From positions 2,080,001-2,144,000 of the forward strand of contig OY782781.1 in the NCBI GenBank assembly GCA_963678315.1: a stretch of 64,000 nt of DNA, in the 5' to 3' direction. The notes beneath the pieces are model-generated. The model was not told the DNA's origin. It did not search any database and saw only the letters and a program-made list of their open reading frames with translations. Positions 47,634-58,230 of the stretch are shown here, one piece after another (the stretch's first letter is position 1; the number at the start of each line of letters is the position of its first letter). The position numbers and the translations under genes are program-made. The DNA is from Candidatus Cloacimonadales bacterium. GTDB lineage: Bacteria; Cloacimonadota; Cloacimonadia; Cloacimonadales; JAFGVF01.

Positions 47634-48230
47634 ATGATTAAAATTATTGAAGAATTAAAAGATTCTTTGAAGATATTGCCAGGGATTGGGGATAAAACAG
47701 CTCAAAAACTGGCTCTTTTCCTTCTTTCAGGTAATAAAGAGTCTGCTATAACTTTAGGTCAAACAATTATTAGCACAGTAAATAGTGTAGTTAATTGCCC
47801 TATCTGTAATATATTAACAGACGTATCTCCTTGCCAATTCTGCTCTGATACTTCAAGAAATGAAGCTCAATTATGTATTGTAGAAAATACAGCAGATGTT
47901 TTTATGATGGAGTCAACTGGCGAATACCATGGCTTTTATTTCATATTAGGCAATCTATTATCCCCCATTGACGGGATAGGTCCTAAAGAGATTTCTATAG
48001 ATCATTTATTAGATAGAATAAGCAACTTCCCAATTCAAGAAGTAGTTTTAGCCTTAAGTCCATCAGTTGAAGGTGAAACAACAATCTCCTATATCTCTGA
48101 TAGACTAAGTGATTGGAATGGTTCAATTACAAGACTTTCTACAGGATTACCTTTTGGTGGCGATTTGGAGTATTCAAACAAAGTAACAATAGCTAATGCT
48201 CTCAAGCACAGATTAAAAGTTAAGGAATAG
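47634..48230 (+). CDS. recR: Recombination mediator RecR
   Basis: LPGIGDKTAQKL HhH motif, CPIC...CQFC zinc finger, LCIVE Toprim domain and GLPFGGDLEY. Confidence 0.96.
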   Translation: MIKIIEELKDSLKILPGIGDKTAQKLALFLLSGNKESAITLGQTIISTVNSVVNCPICNILTDVSPCQFCSDTSRNEAQLCIVENTADVFMMESTGEYHGFYFILGNLLSPIDGIGPKEISIDHLLDRISNFPIQEVVLALSPSVEGETTISYISDRLSDWNGSITRLSTGLPFGGDLEYSNKVTIANALKHRLKVKE

Positions 48231-48233
48231 CTG

Positions 48234-48860
48234 ATGTTCACAGGAATAATCGAAGAAGTTGGCACATTAAAAAGATTAACATCAAAGAATGGAAAGAAAT
48301 ATCTAACTATCGAAGCAAAGATTGTAACAAATGATATAAAGCTAGGAGATTCTGTAGCTTCTAACGGTATTTGCTTAACAGTAACGGCTTTTGATAAGGA
48401 TTCTATTACAGTTGAAGTAATGAACGAAACTATTCAAAAAACAAGTGCCAAAGATTGGACTATCAACAATAAGATTAATCTTGAAAGAGCCTTATTACTG
48501 TCTAACCGATTAGATGGTCATATTGTTCAAGGTCATGTAGATACTGTTTCCCATATTGCTAGAATTAAGCAAGTTGGAGACACGAAATATATATCAATTG
48601 CAGTACCAAGACAATATAGCCATTTGTTAGTTCCCCAAGGATCAATAGCCGTTAATGGCATTAGTCTTACAGTTGCAAAGCTCGATGCTTCTACATTTGA
48701 TGTAGCCCTTATTAGTTTTACAGAAGGTCATACGAACTTAAGCAATGCAAATGTTGCAGATAGAGTTAATCTAGAATTTGATATTATTGGAAAATATCTT
48801 TATAGATTTTCCCAAACTCCTAAACTCACAAAAGAGTGGTTAGATGAAAATAATTTCTAG
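48234..48860 (+). CDS. ribE: Riboflavin synthase (alpha chain)
   Basis: MFTGIIEE, NGICLTV, NLERAL, GHIVQGHVD and GSIAVNGISLTV motifs. Confidence 0.96.
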   Translation: MFTGIIEEVGTLKRLTSKNGKKYLTIEAKIVTNDIKLGDSVASNGICLTVTAFDKDSITVEVMNETIQKTSAKDWTINNKINLERALLLSNRLDGHIVQGHVDTVSHIARIKQVGDTKYISIAVPRQYSHLLVPQGSIAVNGISLTVAKLDASTFDVALISFTEGHTNLSNANVADRVNLEFDIIGKYLYRFSQTPKLTKEWLDENNF

Positions 48861-50133
48861 ACTAACAATCCTTCTACTAATCATATTATCTATTGCCTGT
48901 GGTAAGCAAAAGAATCCAGCAGGTGGACCTGAAGATAAATCACCATTGAAAATAGTTTCTATATCACCTGAGAACTACAATTCAATATCAGGCAAAGAAA
49001 TTGAAATTTTATTCAACAAAAGTTTAGATAGGAAGAGTGTTACTAACAGCTTTCAATTCTATCCTCCATTAGATAGCTACCAGATTGAAACTTCTACTAG
49101 AAGTGTTAAAATCACAATTGAAGATTCTCTTAAAGCCAATCAAAATATCTATTTTACTATTCTTGATATTGTAAAAGATACTCGTAATAATACTCTTGAA
49201 ATGCCGAAAACCTATATTTATAGTAACGGCAAGCTTCAAGATACTAAAATTACAGGGATTATTAGATATGAAAAAGAAGAAGATAGTAAGTTAGATAAAG
49301 AGCTTATTTTACTAGATGCAGATTCAATCAGTATGTTTTCAAAGACATTTAAGAGGTCGTCATTTGATATTGACGGACTTGATAGCAAACAGTATGTTTT
49401 AAGATGTTACATAGATAAAACCAATAATGGTAGATATAATATTGAAAAAGAGCCTTATTATGAAACTCTAGTTGACTCAACAGAAATTAGAAATGTTGAA
49501 TTATATTTATCTTATGCTGATACTACAAGAGTTTTAGCTAAAAGTGCAAAAGCAATTTATAACAATCTAGTTGAAATCAAGCTTAGTGAAGTGCCTGAAT
49601 TTATTGATGATATCGAAATAATATGTTTAAAAGATACAACTAATCTCAAAATAGAATTTTCTGATTTAGACCAGGATATACTTAACATTGTAACAACTAA
49701 TCAAGATACAACTATGTATGAGATTAGACTAAAGGATATCTTTGATTCTAATGATAATAAAACAGATTTGACTGTGAAGACTTTTCAAGGCTCTGTAAAA
49801 GCTGATACATTAGCTCCTGAGTTATTATCAACTTCACCAAGAAATGGTTCATCTGTATATAATTCAAAGCCACAGTTCTCTTTAGTATTCAATGAAATCA
49901 TTAAAAGTAGTGATTTTGTTTCTAGCCTAAAAGAAATTGAAACAGGTAGAATTATAGCAACTAAAATTATTAAAGCCAATTCACATAATGTAATAATTGA
50001 AGCTCAGAAAGAGTTGAAAAATTACAATAGCTATCTGCTTACAATAAGTAGCAAAACTAAGGATTTATCTGGTAATAGACTTATAGATGACGTACTCATA
50101 TCATTTATGGTTACTTTAAAGAGTGACAGTTAA
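48844..50133 (+). CDS. Lipoprotein with bacterial Ig-like (Big_5) domains
   Basis: Lipobox LSIAC, PAGGPED, and Ig-like segments such as DTLAPELLSTSP...FNE...KDLSGNRL. Confidence 0.8.
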   Translation: MKIISRLTILLLIILSIACGKQKNPAGGPEDKSPLKIVSISPENYNSISGKEIEILFNKSLDRKSVTNSFQFYPPLDSYQIETSTRSVKITIEDSLKANQNIYFTILDIVKDTRNNTLEMPKTYIYSNGKLQDTKITGIIRYEKEEDSKLDKELILLDADSISMFSKTFKRSSFDIDGLDSKQYVLRCYIDKTNNGRYNIEKEPYYETLVDSTEIRNVELYLSYADTTRVLAKSAKAIYNNLVEIKLSEVPEFIDDIEIICLKDTTNLKIEFSDLDQDILNIVTTNQDTTMYEIRLKDIFDSNDNKTDLTVKTFQGSVKADTLAPELLSTSPRNGSSVYNSKPQFSLVFNEIIKSSDFVSSLKEIETGRIIATKIIKANSHNVIIEAQKELKNYNSYLLTISSKTKDLSGNRLIDDVLISFMVTLKSDS

Positions 50134-50135
50134 GA

Positions 50136-50531
50136 TCAATAAATAGTTACGATAACTTTCCTATTTCTAGGACCATCAAATTCACAAAAGAAAACTCCTT
50201 GCCATGTTCCAAGAAGTAAACTTGAATTTTCTATAGGGATATTCAAGGAACATCCAACCAAAGTAGAACTCAAATGAGCATCAGAGTTACCTTCAGAATG
50301 CAAGTACTCTCTAAGCTTTGGAGAAAGTTTCCTAAAGGCGAACTTTAAGTCATTGATAACATTAGGGTCTGCACATTCGTTTATTGTTACTCCAGCAGTA
50401 GTGTGGGGTATGAAAATGTTTACCATGCCACATTTAATCTCTTCTTTAGTAACCAACTCATTAATTTGCTTTGTTATATCTAGAAAATCAATTTCTTTTC
50501 TAGATGAAAGAATAAACTCATATCTTTTCAT
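50136..50531 (-). CDS. yjbQ: YjbQ/UPF0047 family protein
   Basis: PHTTAGVTINE, HSEGNSDAH and LGTWQGVFFCEFDGPR motifs. Confidence 0.93.
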   Translation of the reverse strand: MKRYEFILSSRKEIDFLDITKQINELVTKEEIKCGMVNIFIPHTTAGVTINECADPNVINDLKFAFRKLSPKLREYLHSEGNSDAHLSSTLVGCSLNIPIENSSLLLGTWQGVFFCEFDGPRNRKVIVTIY

Positions 50532-52860
50532 GTTTCCTCCAATTTGTTATATTATCCAAAAGATTAGTTTCTTTCCTTATAATATAATCACTTTCCCAAG
50601 AAATAGGTAAATACTTTTTGTAGGAAGCATGCAAAAATCTCTTATCAACTAGATATAATACACCTTTATCTGTTTCAGTTCTGATTAATCTACCTGCTGA
50701 TTGGACAATTCTTAGCAGGGCTGGAAACTTAAAAGCATAGTCGAATCCACTTTTACCTAAAGCTGAAAAGTATTGTTTTATCAATTCTCTTTCAAAGGAA
50801 ACCATTGGTAAACTAATACCTACAACAATACAACCAATCAACTGCTGACCTTGTAAATCAATACCCTCACCGAAAAAGCCACCTGATATAGCAAAAAGAA
50901 GCTGATTGTTTGAAATAGAATAAGAATTTAATACAGCTTGCCTTTCTTCACTTGTCATGCTTGTGCTTTGAATATGTAAATTAGGATTATCATTGTCTTC
51001 TTGATAAAAGTCTAGTACACTATTCAAGAACTTGTATGAAGGAAAGAAGACTATGTAGTTACCCGGATAAGACTTTATTGTTGCCTTAATCCTTAGAGCT
51101 ATCTCTTGGTAATAGGAGTCCCTATTCTTGTAAGTTGTATCAATGATTGAATCATACATAACACACATATTATTCTTATCAAAGGGAGATTCTACTTCTA
51201 ATAAATAGTTTTCTTTGGACTCCACATTCAACAAATATTCAAAATATTCATCAGGCTTTAAGGTTGCAGAAAAAAAGATAGCACTCTTTATTCTACCTGT
51301 TTGCTCTGATATAATTGGTTTAGGATTCAAGCAGTATATTCGTATGGTTAATCTTTGCTTTTTTTCTACATAAAGAACGAAATGTTCATCTAACAATTCG
51401 TATAATCGTACAAAATCATTAAGATAGAAATAGAAGTCTATCAATAAGCTTTTTGCTGGGAATGGTTTTCCAGAAGCTAGTTGAGAATCCATGGTCTTTA
51501 AGAAATCCCTAATAAGCTTCAACAAATCAGTATTAAGAACTTCTATTATATGGTTACCAACCTCAAATGTCTTTTCAATGTCAAGTAAGTACTTGTTAAG
51601 ATTCTTTAGAGTTTTTTTAATGTTTTCGGGTGAAGACTTTGCTTCTCTTTTAACAGAAAGTACTTCATTTCTTGATAGTTCTGCTGAGAACATTGCTCGT
51701 ACTCTTTCTGGTACATTATGAGCTTCATCAAAGAGCAAAGTATAGTTTTCAGTCACTATCTCAAAGAATCTTTTTAACCTAGCTTTAGGATCATAAAAGT
51801 AGTTGCAATCGCATACTATCATATCTGCCCATGAAGATAAGTCTAAAGCTAACTCAAAGGGACACATCTTTAATTCTAAGGCAATATTCTGTATTACTTC
51901 TTTTGTGAAGGTGTTATATTTAAAGAAAAGAGATTTATTATTTCTGAATTTGGTAAAGTAATCCTTGGCATATTCACATTCGTGATAATCACAAGCTTTT
52001 TCAGGATTGAAGCATATTTTTGCTTTAGCCGTTATAAAGACAGTCTTAAACTTGATATTAGACTTATCAAAAATGTTTATTGTTTCTTTAACTACCTCAG
52101 ATATGGTACCTTTGTTTGTTATGTAGAATAACTTATCAGTAAGACCTGTGGATATTGATTTCAAAGCAGGAAATAGCACAGCTGAAGTCTTACCAATTCC
52201 AGTTGGAGCTTCAATTCTTATACAAGCTTCTTTTTCTATTGTCTTGTAACTAGCAACCATAACCTTTCTTTGCCCTTTCCTCAAATCAGCAAAAGGAAAT
52301 TTAGCTGTTCCTAAATTAGCATCTCTAGAATCTCTATAGTCTTGAAGTTTGTTAATCCAAGCAAGGTAGTATTCAGTTATTTCATTATAAAAGCTCTTAA
52401 GTTCCTCAAAAGAATGAACATTATCTATAATCAGACTTTGCTCGTTATCTAAATTATAGTAGGTTAAATGGGTGCAAATGTTGTTTAGTTGATTATCTCT
52501 AGAATATAAATAGGCATAGCATATAACTTGAGCTAAGTGATATTTATTAGGATTATTCTTTAGGCTTGCTAAATCTAAATATGTCGATTTGATTTCTTCA
52601 ACAATTACTATATCATCATCTTTTACTCTTTCATAGATACCATCAGCTCTACCCGATATTACAAGCTTAAAGCTTTCTTTACAAATTTCATCAGATAAGA
52701 AATATTCTTTATGGTAATTATCTGGTCTAGACTTCTGAAGTTTAGTATGAATAGAAGTCCCAAGATTAGCTCGGGACTTCCCTAAAAAGGTTGATGATAT
52801 GTGTCCTTCCAAATAGAAGAAGTTTATAACATCTTTAATCGATATCTTATATGTTCTCAT
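50518..52860 (-). CDS. DinG/Rad3-family Fe-S DNA helicase with N-terminal PD-(D/E)XK (Cas4/RecB-like) nuclease domain
   Basis: GRADGI...EEIKST...AQVICY nuclease motifs; APTGIGKT; Cys cluster (KIC...ACD...EC...CPFE); DEAHN; EGID; QSAGRLIR. Confidence 0.9.
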   Translation of the reverse strand: MRTYKISIKDVINFFYLEGHISSTFLGKSRANLGTSIHTKLQKSRPDNYHKEYFLSDEICKESFKLVISGRADGIYERVKDDDIVIVEEIKSTYLDLASLKNNPNKYHLAQVICYAYLYSRDNQLNNICTHLTYYNLDNEQSLIIDNVHSFEELKSFYNEITEYYLAWINKLQDYRDSRDANLGTAKFPFADLRKGQRKVMVASYKTIEKEACIRIEAPTGIGKTSAVLFPALKSISTGLTDKLFYITNKGTISEVVKETINIFDKSNIKFKTVFITAKAKICFNPEKACDYHECEYAKDYFTKFRNNKSLFFKYNTFTKEVIQNIALELKMCPFELALDLSSWADMIVCDCNYFYDPKARLKRFFEIVTENYTLLFDEAHNVPERVRAMFSAELSRNEVLSVKREAKSSPENIKKTLKNLNKYLLDIEKTFEVGNHIIEVLNTDLLKLIRDFLKTMDSQLASGKPFPAKSLLIDFYFYLNDFVRLYELLDEHFVLYVEKKQRLTIRIYCLNPKPIISEQTGRIKSAIFFSATLKPDEYFEYLLNVESKENYLLEVESPFDKNNMCVMYDSIIDTTYKNRDSYYQEIALRIKATIKSYPGNYIVFFPSYKFLNSVLDFYQEDNDNPNLHIQSTSMTSEERQAVLNSYSISNNQLLFAISGGFFGEGIDLQGQQLIGCIVVGISLPMVSFERELIKQYFSALGKSGFDYAFKFPALLRIVQSAGRLIRTETDKGVLYLVDKRFLHASYKKYLPISWESDYIIRKETNLLDNITNWRKHEKI

Positions 52861-52863
52861 TAA

Positions 52864-53583
52864 TTATCTATTGCAATATAGTTCCCATAACTTATTGAAA
52901 TTATTAGTAAGAGCAGATTGCATTTTTAAATCACAATTAGTAACTTCTGGAACATTATTTAGAACAACATAAGGAACTTTTGTTCTCTTGATGTCAATAT
53001 AATCAGTTTGATCTTTGACAATGTCATGCCAATCAACTTCTTTATATAATCTTTCTAGCTTATCATCAGGTAACCCATGTTCTAATATTGAATGTGGCTT
53101 ATCTGGATTAAATCTTCTTCTATTTTTACGAAGGGATTCTTCATAAGGTACATCAACATAGAAGATAGCAGACCTTTTTAAAATAGATGTGCTTAGATGC
53201 TTAAAAGCTTTCTCATAACCACCATGTTCACTTCCTCTAGAAAACTCTATCAGAAGTGTGTTTTCTTGGTGCAGATTAACGTTTTCAGCAATCATTTTAT
53301 TGTATTCTATATTGAATCTTTCAATCAAAAGATTCCATTGATAGTTATGTATAAAGTATCCATCTGTTGTTGAATGTATTCTTCCAACCTTGAGAATATT
53401 CTCACGTATATGATCTTCTTCAAACCAAGTCCATAGCATAGGAAAGTCATCTAATTCAATTAAATTAGCTATCTTATAGTCTTCGATTCTTTCAATAGTA
53501 TTTCTTCTTTTAAGGAAGTCTATGATTTCAGATTTACCTGAAGCAGGTCTTCCTAACAAAATTACAATATCAAAATGTTTCAT
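52864..53583 (-). CDS. Uncharacterised P-loop NTPase (NMP-kinase-like fold)
   Basis: Walker A LLGRPASGKSE, LIEFSRG and a lid-like RKNRRR segment. Confidence 0.7.
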   Translation of the reverse strand: MKHFDIVILLGRPASGKSEIIDFLKRRNTIERIEDYKIANLIELDDFPMLWTWFEEDHIRENILKVGRIHSTTDGYFIHNYQWNLLIERFNIEYNKMIAENVNLHQENTLLIEFSRGSEHGGYEKAFKHLSTSILKRSAIFYVDVPYEESLRKNRRRFNPDKPHSILEHGLPDDKLERLYKEVDWHDIVKDQTDYIDIKRTKVPYVVLNNVPEVTNCDLKMQSALTNNFNKLWELYCNR

Positions 53584-53594
53584 TGTACTCCCCT

Positions 53595-55496
53595 TTAATC
53601 AGTTAATAGAAGATACTCATCTTCCAGAATAAGTAGCTTATTAGTAGCTTTATCAATATCATTATCAAGCTCTTCAATAGTTAGCTTTAGTTCTTTTACA
53701 AGTTCATGGTCACTATAAGTAGCAGGGTCAGCAAAAAGCTCTTCAGCTTCTATTTTCTGATTTTCTAAGTCTTCTAAAAGCTCTTCAGTTTCTTCAATCT
53801 CATTCATTAGTTTATCTAAAATATAAGGATTAACTTTTTTCTTTTTATCTTTTGGCTTATTAGTATTCTTAGGCTCTTCATCTTGATTACTGTTAGTTAC
53901 TTTATCAGAAGTTAAGAAATCATCAAGTACTTTTGACCAATCTTCTTTTAGGTCTTTAATCTCTTGATCTTTGAACATCCAAAATTTACTAGCTAATTTA
54001 GATATAAAGTTTCTGTCATGAGAAACAAATATAATTGTACCATCATAAGACTGTAAGGAATCAATTAAATCATCAACCATTAATATATCTAAGTGATTAG
54101 TAGGTTCATCAAGAAGTAAAACATTAGGGTTTTGATGGATGAGCACAGCTAGATTGAGTCTTGCTTTCTCTCCCCCACTCATGTACTCAATTGCTTTATC
54201 AACCTCATCACCTCTAAAACCATACTTTGCTAAATACTTGAGCACATAACCAATTGGTTGACCAGGAGCCATAGCCCATATTGTTTCTTTTGGAGTAGAA
54301 TTTAAATCTAAAGAACTATGGAACTGATCGAAATACCCAAACTGGATGTTAGCACCAATTTTACATGTACCAGATAATAACTGTTGTTCTTGCATAAGAA
54401 TTTTAAGCAAAGTTGTTTTGCCACATCCATTCCTTCCAATTATTGCTATTCTGTCTTGGTAACCAGCTCTAAGATTAATATTTTCAGCTAATATCTTAGA
54501 AGAAAAGCCAATTAAGCCTTTCTCAATAGTATAAACATCATTACCTGTTCTTTCAGAAGTAGAAAACTTTAAATTCAATCTTTTATCATGAGAAACATCA
54601 TCAATAATATCTAATTTCTCTAATTGCTTTAACCTAGATCTTGCTTGAATAGTCTTTTGAGAACCAATGTTCTTTCTAACAAAGTCCATTGTCTTTTCAA
54701 TGTGCTTCTGTTGTTGTCTGAATGCTTTTGCTTGTTGTTCTTTCAACAAAGCAGAAGCTTCTTCATAAAAGCTATAATTTCCAGTAAATGATTTAAGCTG
54801 TTTATTATCTATTTCAAAGATTTTATTAACAGTTTTATCTAGAAAGTACTTATCGTGTGAGATAATAATGTAAGGTTTTCCAAGATTAAGGAGGTATCCT
54901 TCTAACCAGCTAATCATGTGTAAATCTAGGTGGTTAGTAGGTTCATCGAGTAGCAAGACACTATATTCAGACAATAGTATTTTTGCTAGTTCAATTCTTG
55001 TGCGTTCTCCCCCACTAAAGTTATTTATTTTTTGATCCCAGACCTCTTCTTTGAATCCTAAAGAAGTCAAGATTAGTTTGATAGAAGTCTCATAATCGTA
55101 ACCACCAATGGTAAAAAACTCTTCTTCGAGCTTTGATAGCAGATTCAAATTACTTTCACAAGGATCATTTGCCAATTGTTCTCTAACCTTTTGAAGTTGA
55201 TCTCTCTTATCAAGAAAATCACTTCTACTTACAACAACAGATTCGTATAGAGTATCTTCAGGATTAAGTGTGTCAACCTGTTTAAGATATGCTATTTTAG
55301 TCTTAGATGCAAAACCAACATTACCTTCTGATGGCTCTATCTCTTGATTAATAACCTTAAGAAGTGTTGTCTTTCCACAACCGTTTCGACCAATTAATCC
55401 AATTCGACTATCTAAATCTAGATTAAAGGAAATCTTGTTGAAGAGGGTTAATCCTCCAAATGACATTCCGACATTCTGAACTTGTATAAGACTCAA
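53595..55496 (-). CDS. ABC-F family ATP-binding protein
   Basis: Two NBDs (GRNGCGKTT twice, SGGE twice, LLLDEPTNHLD twice), no TM segments, C-terminal coiled coil. Confidence 0.95.
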   Translation of the reverse strand: MSLIQVQNVGMSFGGLTLFNKISFNLDLDSRIGLIGRNGCGKTTLLKVINQEIEPSEGNVGFASKTKIAYLKQVDTLNPEDTLYESVVVSRSDFLDKRDQLQKVREQLANDPCESNLNLLSKLEEEFFTIGGYDYETSIKLILTSLGFKEEVWDQKINNFSGGERTRIELAKILLSEYSVLLLDEPTNHLDLHMISWLEGYLLNLGKPYIIISHDKYFLDKTVNKIFEIDNKQLKSFTGNYSFYEEASALLKEQQAKAFRQQQKHIEKTMDFVRKNIGSQKTIQARSRLKQLEKLDIIDDVSHDKRLNLKFSTSERTGNDVYTIEKGLIGFSSKILAENINLRAGYQDRIAIIGRNGCGKTTLLKILMQEQQLLSGTCKIGANIQFGYFDQFHSSLDLNSTPKETIWAMAPGQPIGYVLKYLAKYGFRGDEVDKAIEYMSGGEKARLNLAVLIHQNPNVLLLDEPTNHLDILMVDDLIDSLQSYDGTIIFVSHDRNFISKLASKFWMFKDQEIKDLKEDWSKVLDDFLTSDKVTNSNQDEEPKNTNKPKDKKKKVNPYILDKLMNEIEETEELLEDLENQKIEAEELFADPATYSDHELVKELKLTIEELDNDIDKATNKLLILEDEYLLLTD

Positions 55497-55504
55497 TGAT
55501 TCTC

Positions 55505-56758
55505 CTAATTCGAGTGAATAAGTTGGCCCTTTTTGTATACGGATACAACATTATTTGAACCAAAGTGATAAGGTAGATATTGGTAAGAAGGCATATCTGT
55601 TATTAAGAAATCTGCATATTTACCAACTTCAATAGATCCTACTTTATGACCAATTCCAATAGCATAAGCAGCATTTATTGTAGAAGCAACTATAGCTTCA
55701 GCAGGTGTCATTTTCATCTGTAAGCAAGCTAAAGTAATTACAAATTGCATATTATCACAATTGCATGAACCTGGGTTAAAGTCTGTCGCTAATGCTACAG
55801 AAACACCAGAATCTATCATTAAACGAGCATCAGCATACTTAGACATACCAAGTGAGAAAATAGTTCCTGGTAGTAAAGTAGCAATAACATCAGAATTAGC
55901 TAATGCTTTTATGCCATGTTCTTTAGTCGCGCCTAAATGGTCAGCTGATGTACAAGCCATTTCTACAGCAAGCTCTGCTCCACCAATTGCTTCAATTTCA
56001 TCAGCATGAATTTTCAACTTAAATCCATAATCTTTAGCACATTGCATAACTTCTCTTGACTCTTCAATAGAGTAAACATGGCCTTCAGTAAAGATATCAC
56101 AATAAGTAGCTAAACCTGATTTAGCAACTTCAGGTATCATTTCATTTTTCAAGATATCAATATAAGCACGATGATTATCTTTGTATTCAGTTGGAAACTC
56201 ATGAGCTCCCATGAAAGTGGAAATAATATGTATTTTATTGTCTTTATTCAATCTATCAATAACTCTTAATTGTTTTAGCTCAGCTTCAGTTTCTAAACCA
56301 TAACCAGATTTAGCTTCCAATGAAGTAGTTCCGCAAGAAATCATTTTTTCTATTCTTTTTTGAGCTAATTCATATAATGTATCTTCATCAGCATCTTTAG
56401 TTGTAGTCAATGTAGATCTGATTCCTCCACCTGCTTGTGAAATTTCTACATAACTCTTTCCTTGCAATCTCATTTCAAACTCATTCTCACGAGTATGAAC
56501 GAATATCGGGTGTGTGTGCGGGTCAACAAAACCAGGCATTACAACTTTGTCATTAGCGTCAATAATCTCTTCAGCTTGATAGTTATCAAGTATATTATCT
56601 GTGGTGTCAACAGCGATTATTACACCATCATTTATAGCAAAACCACCATCTTCAATAATATGAAGATTGCCCATCTCACTTCCTTTTCTAGCCCTAGCTT
56701 CACCTTTCATAGTTAAAAGTTGGTTGGCATTTATAACTATAGTCTCGACCTTTTGCAT
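55505..56758 (-). CDS. hutI: Imidazolonepropionase
   Basis: PGFVDPHTH, GGGIRST, EAKSGYGL, FMGAH, HADE and ALATDFNPGS motifs. Confidence 0.96.
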   Translation of the reverse strand: MQKVETIVINANQLLTMKGEARARKGSEMGNLHIIEDGGFAINDGVIIAVDTTDNILDNYQAEEIIDANDKVVMPGFVDPHTHPIFVHTRENEFEMRLQGKSYVEISQAGGGIRSTLTTTKDADEDTLYELAQKRIEKMISCGTTSLEAKSGYGLETEAELKQLRVIDRLNKDNKIHIISTFMGAHEFPTEYKDNHRAYIDILKNEMIPEVAKSGLATYCDIFTEGHVYSIEESREVMQCAKDYGFKLKIHADEIEAIGGAELAVEMACTSADHLGATKEHGIKALANSDVIATLLPGTIFSLGMSKYADARLMIDSGVSVALATDFNPGSCNCDNMQFVITLACLQMKMTPAEAIVASTINAAYAIGIGHKVGSIEVGKYADFLITDMPSYQYLPYHFGSNNVVSVYKKGQLIHSN

Positions 56759-56766
56759 TAGTTCTC

Positions 56767-57735
56767 CTAAATTAGCATTTCCATAAAACTTTCGATTCTA
56801 AGCTTAGTTCTTTCATCTAATGCTCCAGGTTTATCACCCTCAATCAAAAGTATTGGTTGCTTTATGTATTTTCTTAAAATTATATTATCTATTTGTCTGT
56901 GACAGAATGATTGAGTGTAGCTTATCACAGCATCTATCTGCCTATTCTCAAGCTCTTTCTGAATATCTTGAAGCCTAAAGTTGATATCATAGGGATAGGT
57001 AAAATCAAGATATTGATCTATGATGTTTTCATGTAAGTATGGCATAGAAAACTGTCTTTGTACTTCATTAAAGACTACTCTTCCGCCTAATTCTTCTAAT
57101 AAGGAATAGATATCAGTATTTATTGGTGGTACACCTAGAAAGGCTAATCTAACATCATCTTTGCGAGCTTTTCTTTCTTTTACTTCTGATATAAACTTAT
57201 CTAATTCTTCATCATATTTTCTGTAGTCTGAATTAAAGTCAGAAGATGAAACTAACCATAAATGATTCTCAAAACCTGATACTTTATTATCTTGGTAGGT
57301 TAATTTATCAAGAGTGACTAACTTTTCCCTTATCTTATCCAAGTCTCGTTTTACATTATTTACTTCATTCATAGTAACATTGTAGTATGAAGCAAAACGA
57401 TTAATTTCTTTTTCTAGCTCTTCCCTATTTCTTGAATATGGGAATGAAAATGAGTTTATTTTAAGCCCATTATCACTAAGAACAGACATCAATGAATGAG
57501 TGTTAGAACAGTCTCCCTGAACAACTCCAATTAACTCATCAATATGAGTTTCAATAGCTGTAGTATATAAACCTTTAATCCATGCACAAATATTGCGTGG
57601 GAATCCATAATTCTCAGCTTCTGAAACTAATCTTTTTGAATCACCTGTAACAAAAATATTGTTAAGATCTATGGGAATGTGCCCACTAGCAAATATCACT
57701 TCAATTGGAAGTGACGTTGTCATACCTATTTTCAT
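56767..57735 (-). CDS. 2-hydroxyacyl-CoA dehydratase (HGD-D) family protein
   Basis: ICAWIKG, GDCSN, QSFCHR and IEGD...RIESFMEML motifs. Confidence 0.8.
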   Translation of the reverse strand: MKIGMTTSLPIEVIFASGHIPIDLNNIFVTGDSKRLVSEAENYGFPRNICAWIKGLYTTAIETHIDELIGVVQGDCSNTHSLMSVLSDNGLKINSFSFPYSRNREELEKEINRFASYYNVTMNEVNNVKRDLDKIREKLVTLDKLTYQDNKVSGFENHLWLVSSSDFNSDYRKYDEELDKFISEVKERKARKDDVRLAFLGVPPINTDIYSLLEELGGRVVFNEVQRQFSMPYLHENIIDQYLDFTYPYDINFRLQDIQKELENRQIDAVISYTQSFCHRQIDNIILRKYIKQPILLIEGDKPGALDERTKLRIESFMEMLI

Positions 57736-57803
57736 TTAATTTCTTCTACCTAAATATTTATACTATATTACACTACAAATTCTACACAACTAATGAAACA
57801 AAG

Positions 57804-58154
57804 CTATTCAGTTTCTTCAACCTTTACTTCATTTTCATCGGTATTATCTTGTTCAACCTTATCACATTCATTGTCTATTTTAACATCTTCTTTAGCTGTA
57901 CTTTCTTCATTAGCTTTGTCACTTGCCTTTTTGGGAGCTGAATTGTTATAAGATTGATCAACTTTGAAAGAATCTTTAATTACATTTGATGCTCCGAATA
58001 GAGCTTTAAATAGAATGTATATCAAAAGACTTTGCTTATATGTAATCTTCTTTAATCCAAAAATATCAGGACAGACATTGTTCCAAACCAATTTCAAGAG
58101 TCCAGTCACTGCAAATAAGAAACCTGCTCCTTCTAATCTAATCTCATTTTTCAT
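57804..58154 (-). CDS. Hypothetical membrane protein with acidic C-terminal tail
   Basis: LVWNNVCPDIFGLKKITYKQS hydrophobic N-terminal half; AAGGAG RBS. Confidence 0.7.
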   Translation of the reverse strand: MKNEIRLEGAGFLFAVTGLLKLVWNNVCPDIFGLKKITYKQSLLIYILFKALFGASNVIKDSFKVDQSYNNSAPKKASDKANEESTAKEDVKIDNECDKVEQDNTDENEVKVEETE

Positions 58155-58230
58155 TTCAATTACTCCTTTATCTAATTTATGCCATTAAAACAACTATAAA
58201 TATGTTGGCAACAATTTTCTTATTATAGAA

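Noticed and set aside
47100..48233. FMN riboswitch for ribE
   Set aside because: ribE follows recR after 3 nt, and I see no RFN consensus in the operon leader.
50518..52860. Cas4/DinG as part of a type IV CRISPR or other defence system
   Set aside because: No array or other cas genes; housekeeping context; fits the stand-alone nuclease-DinG fusion family.
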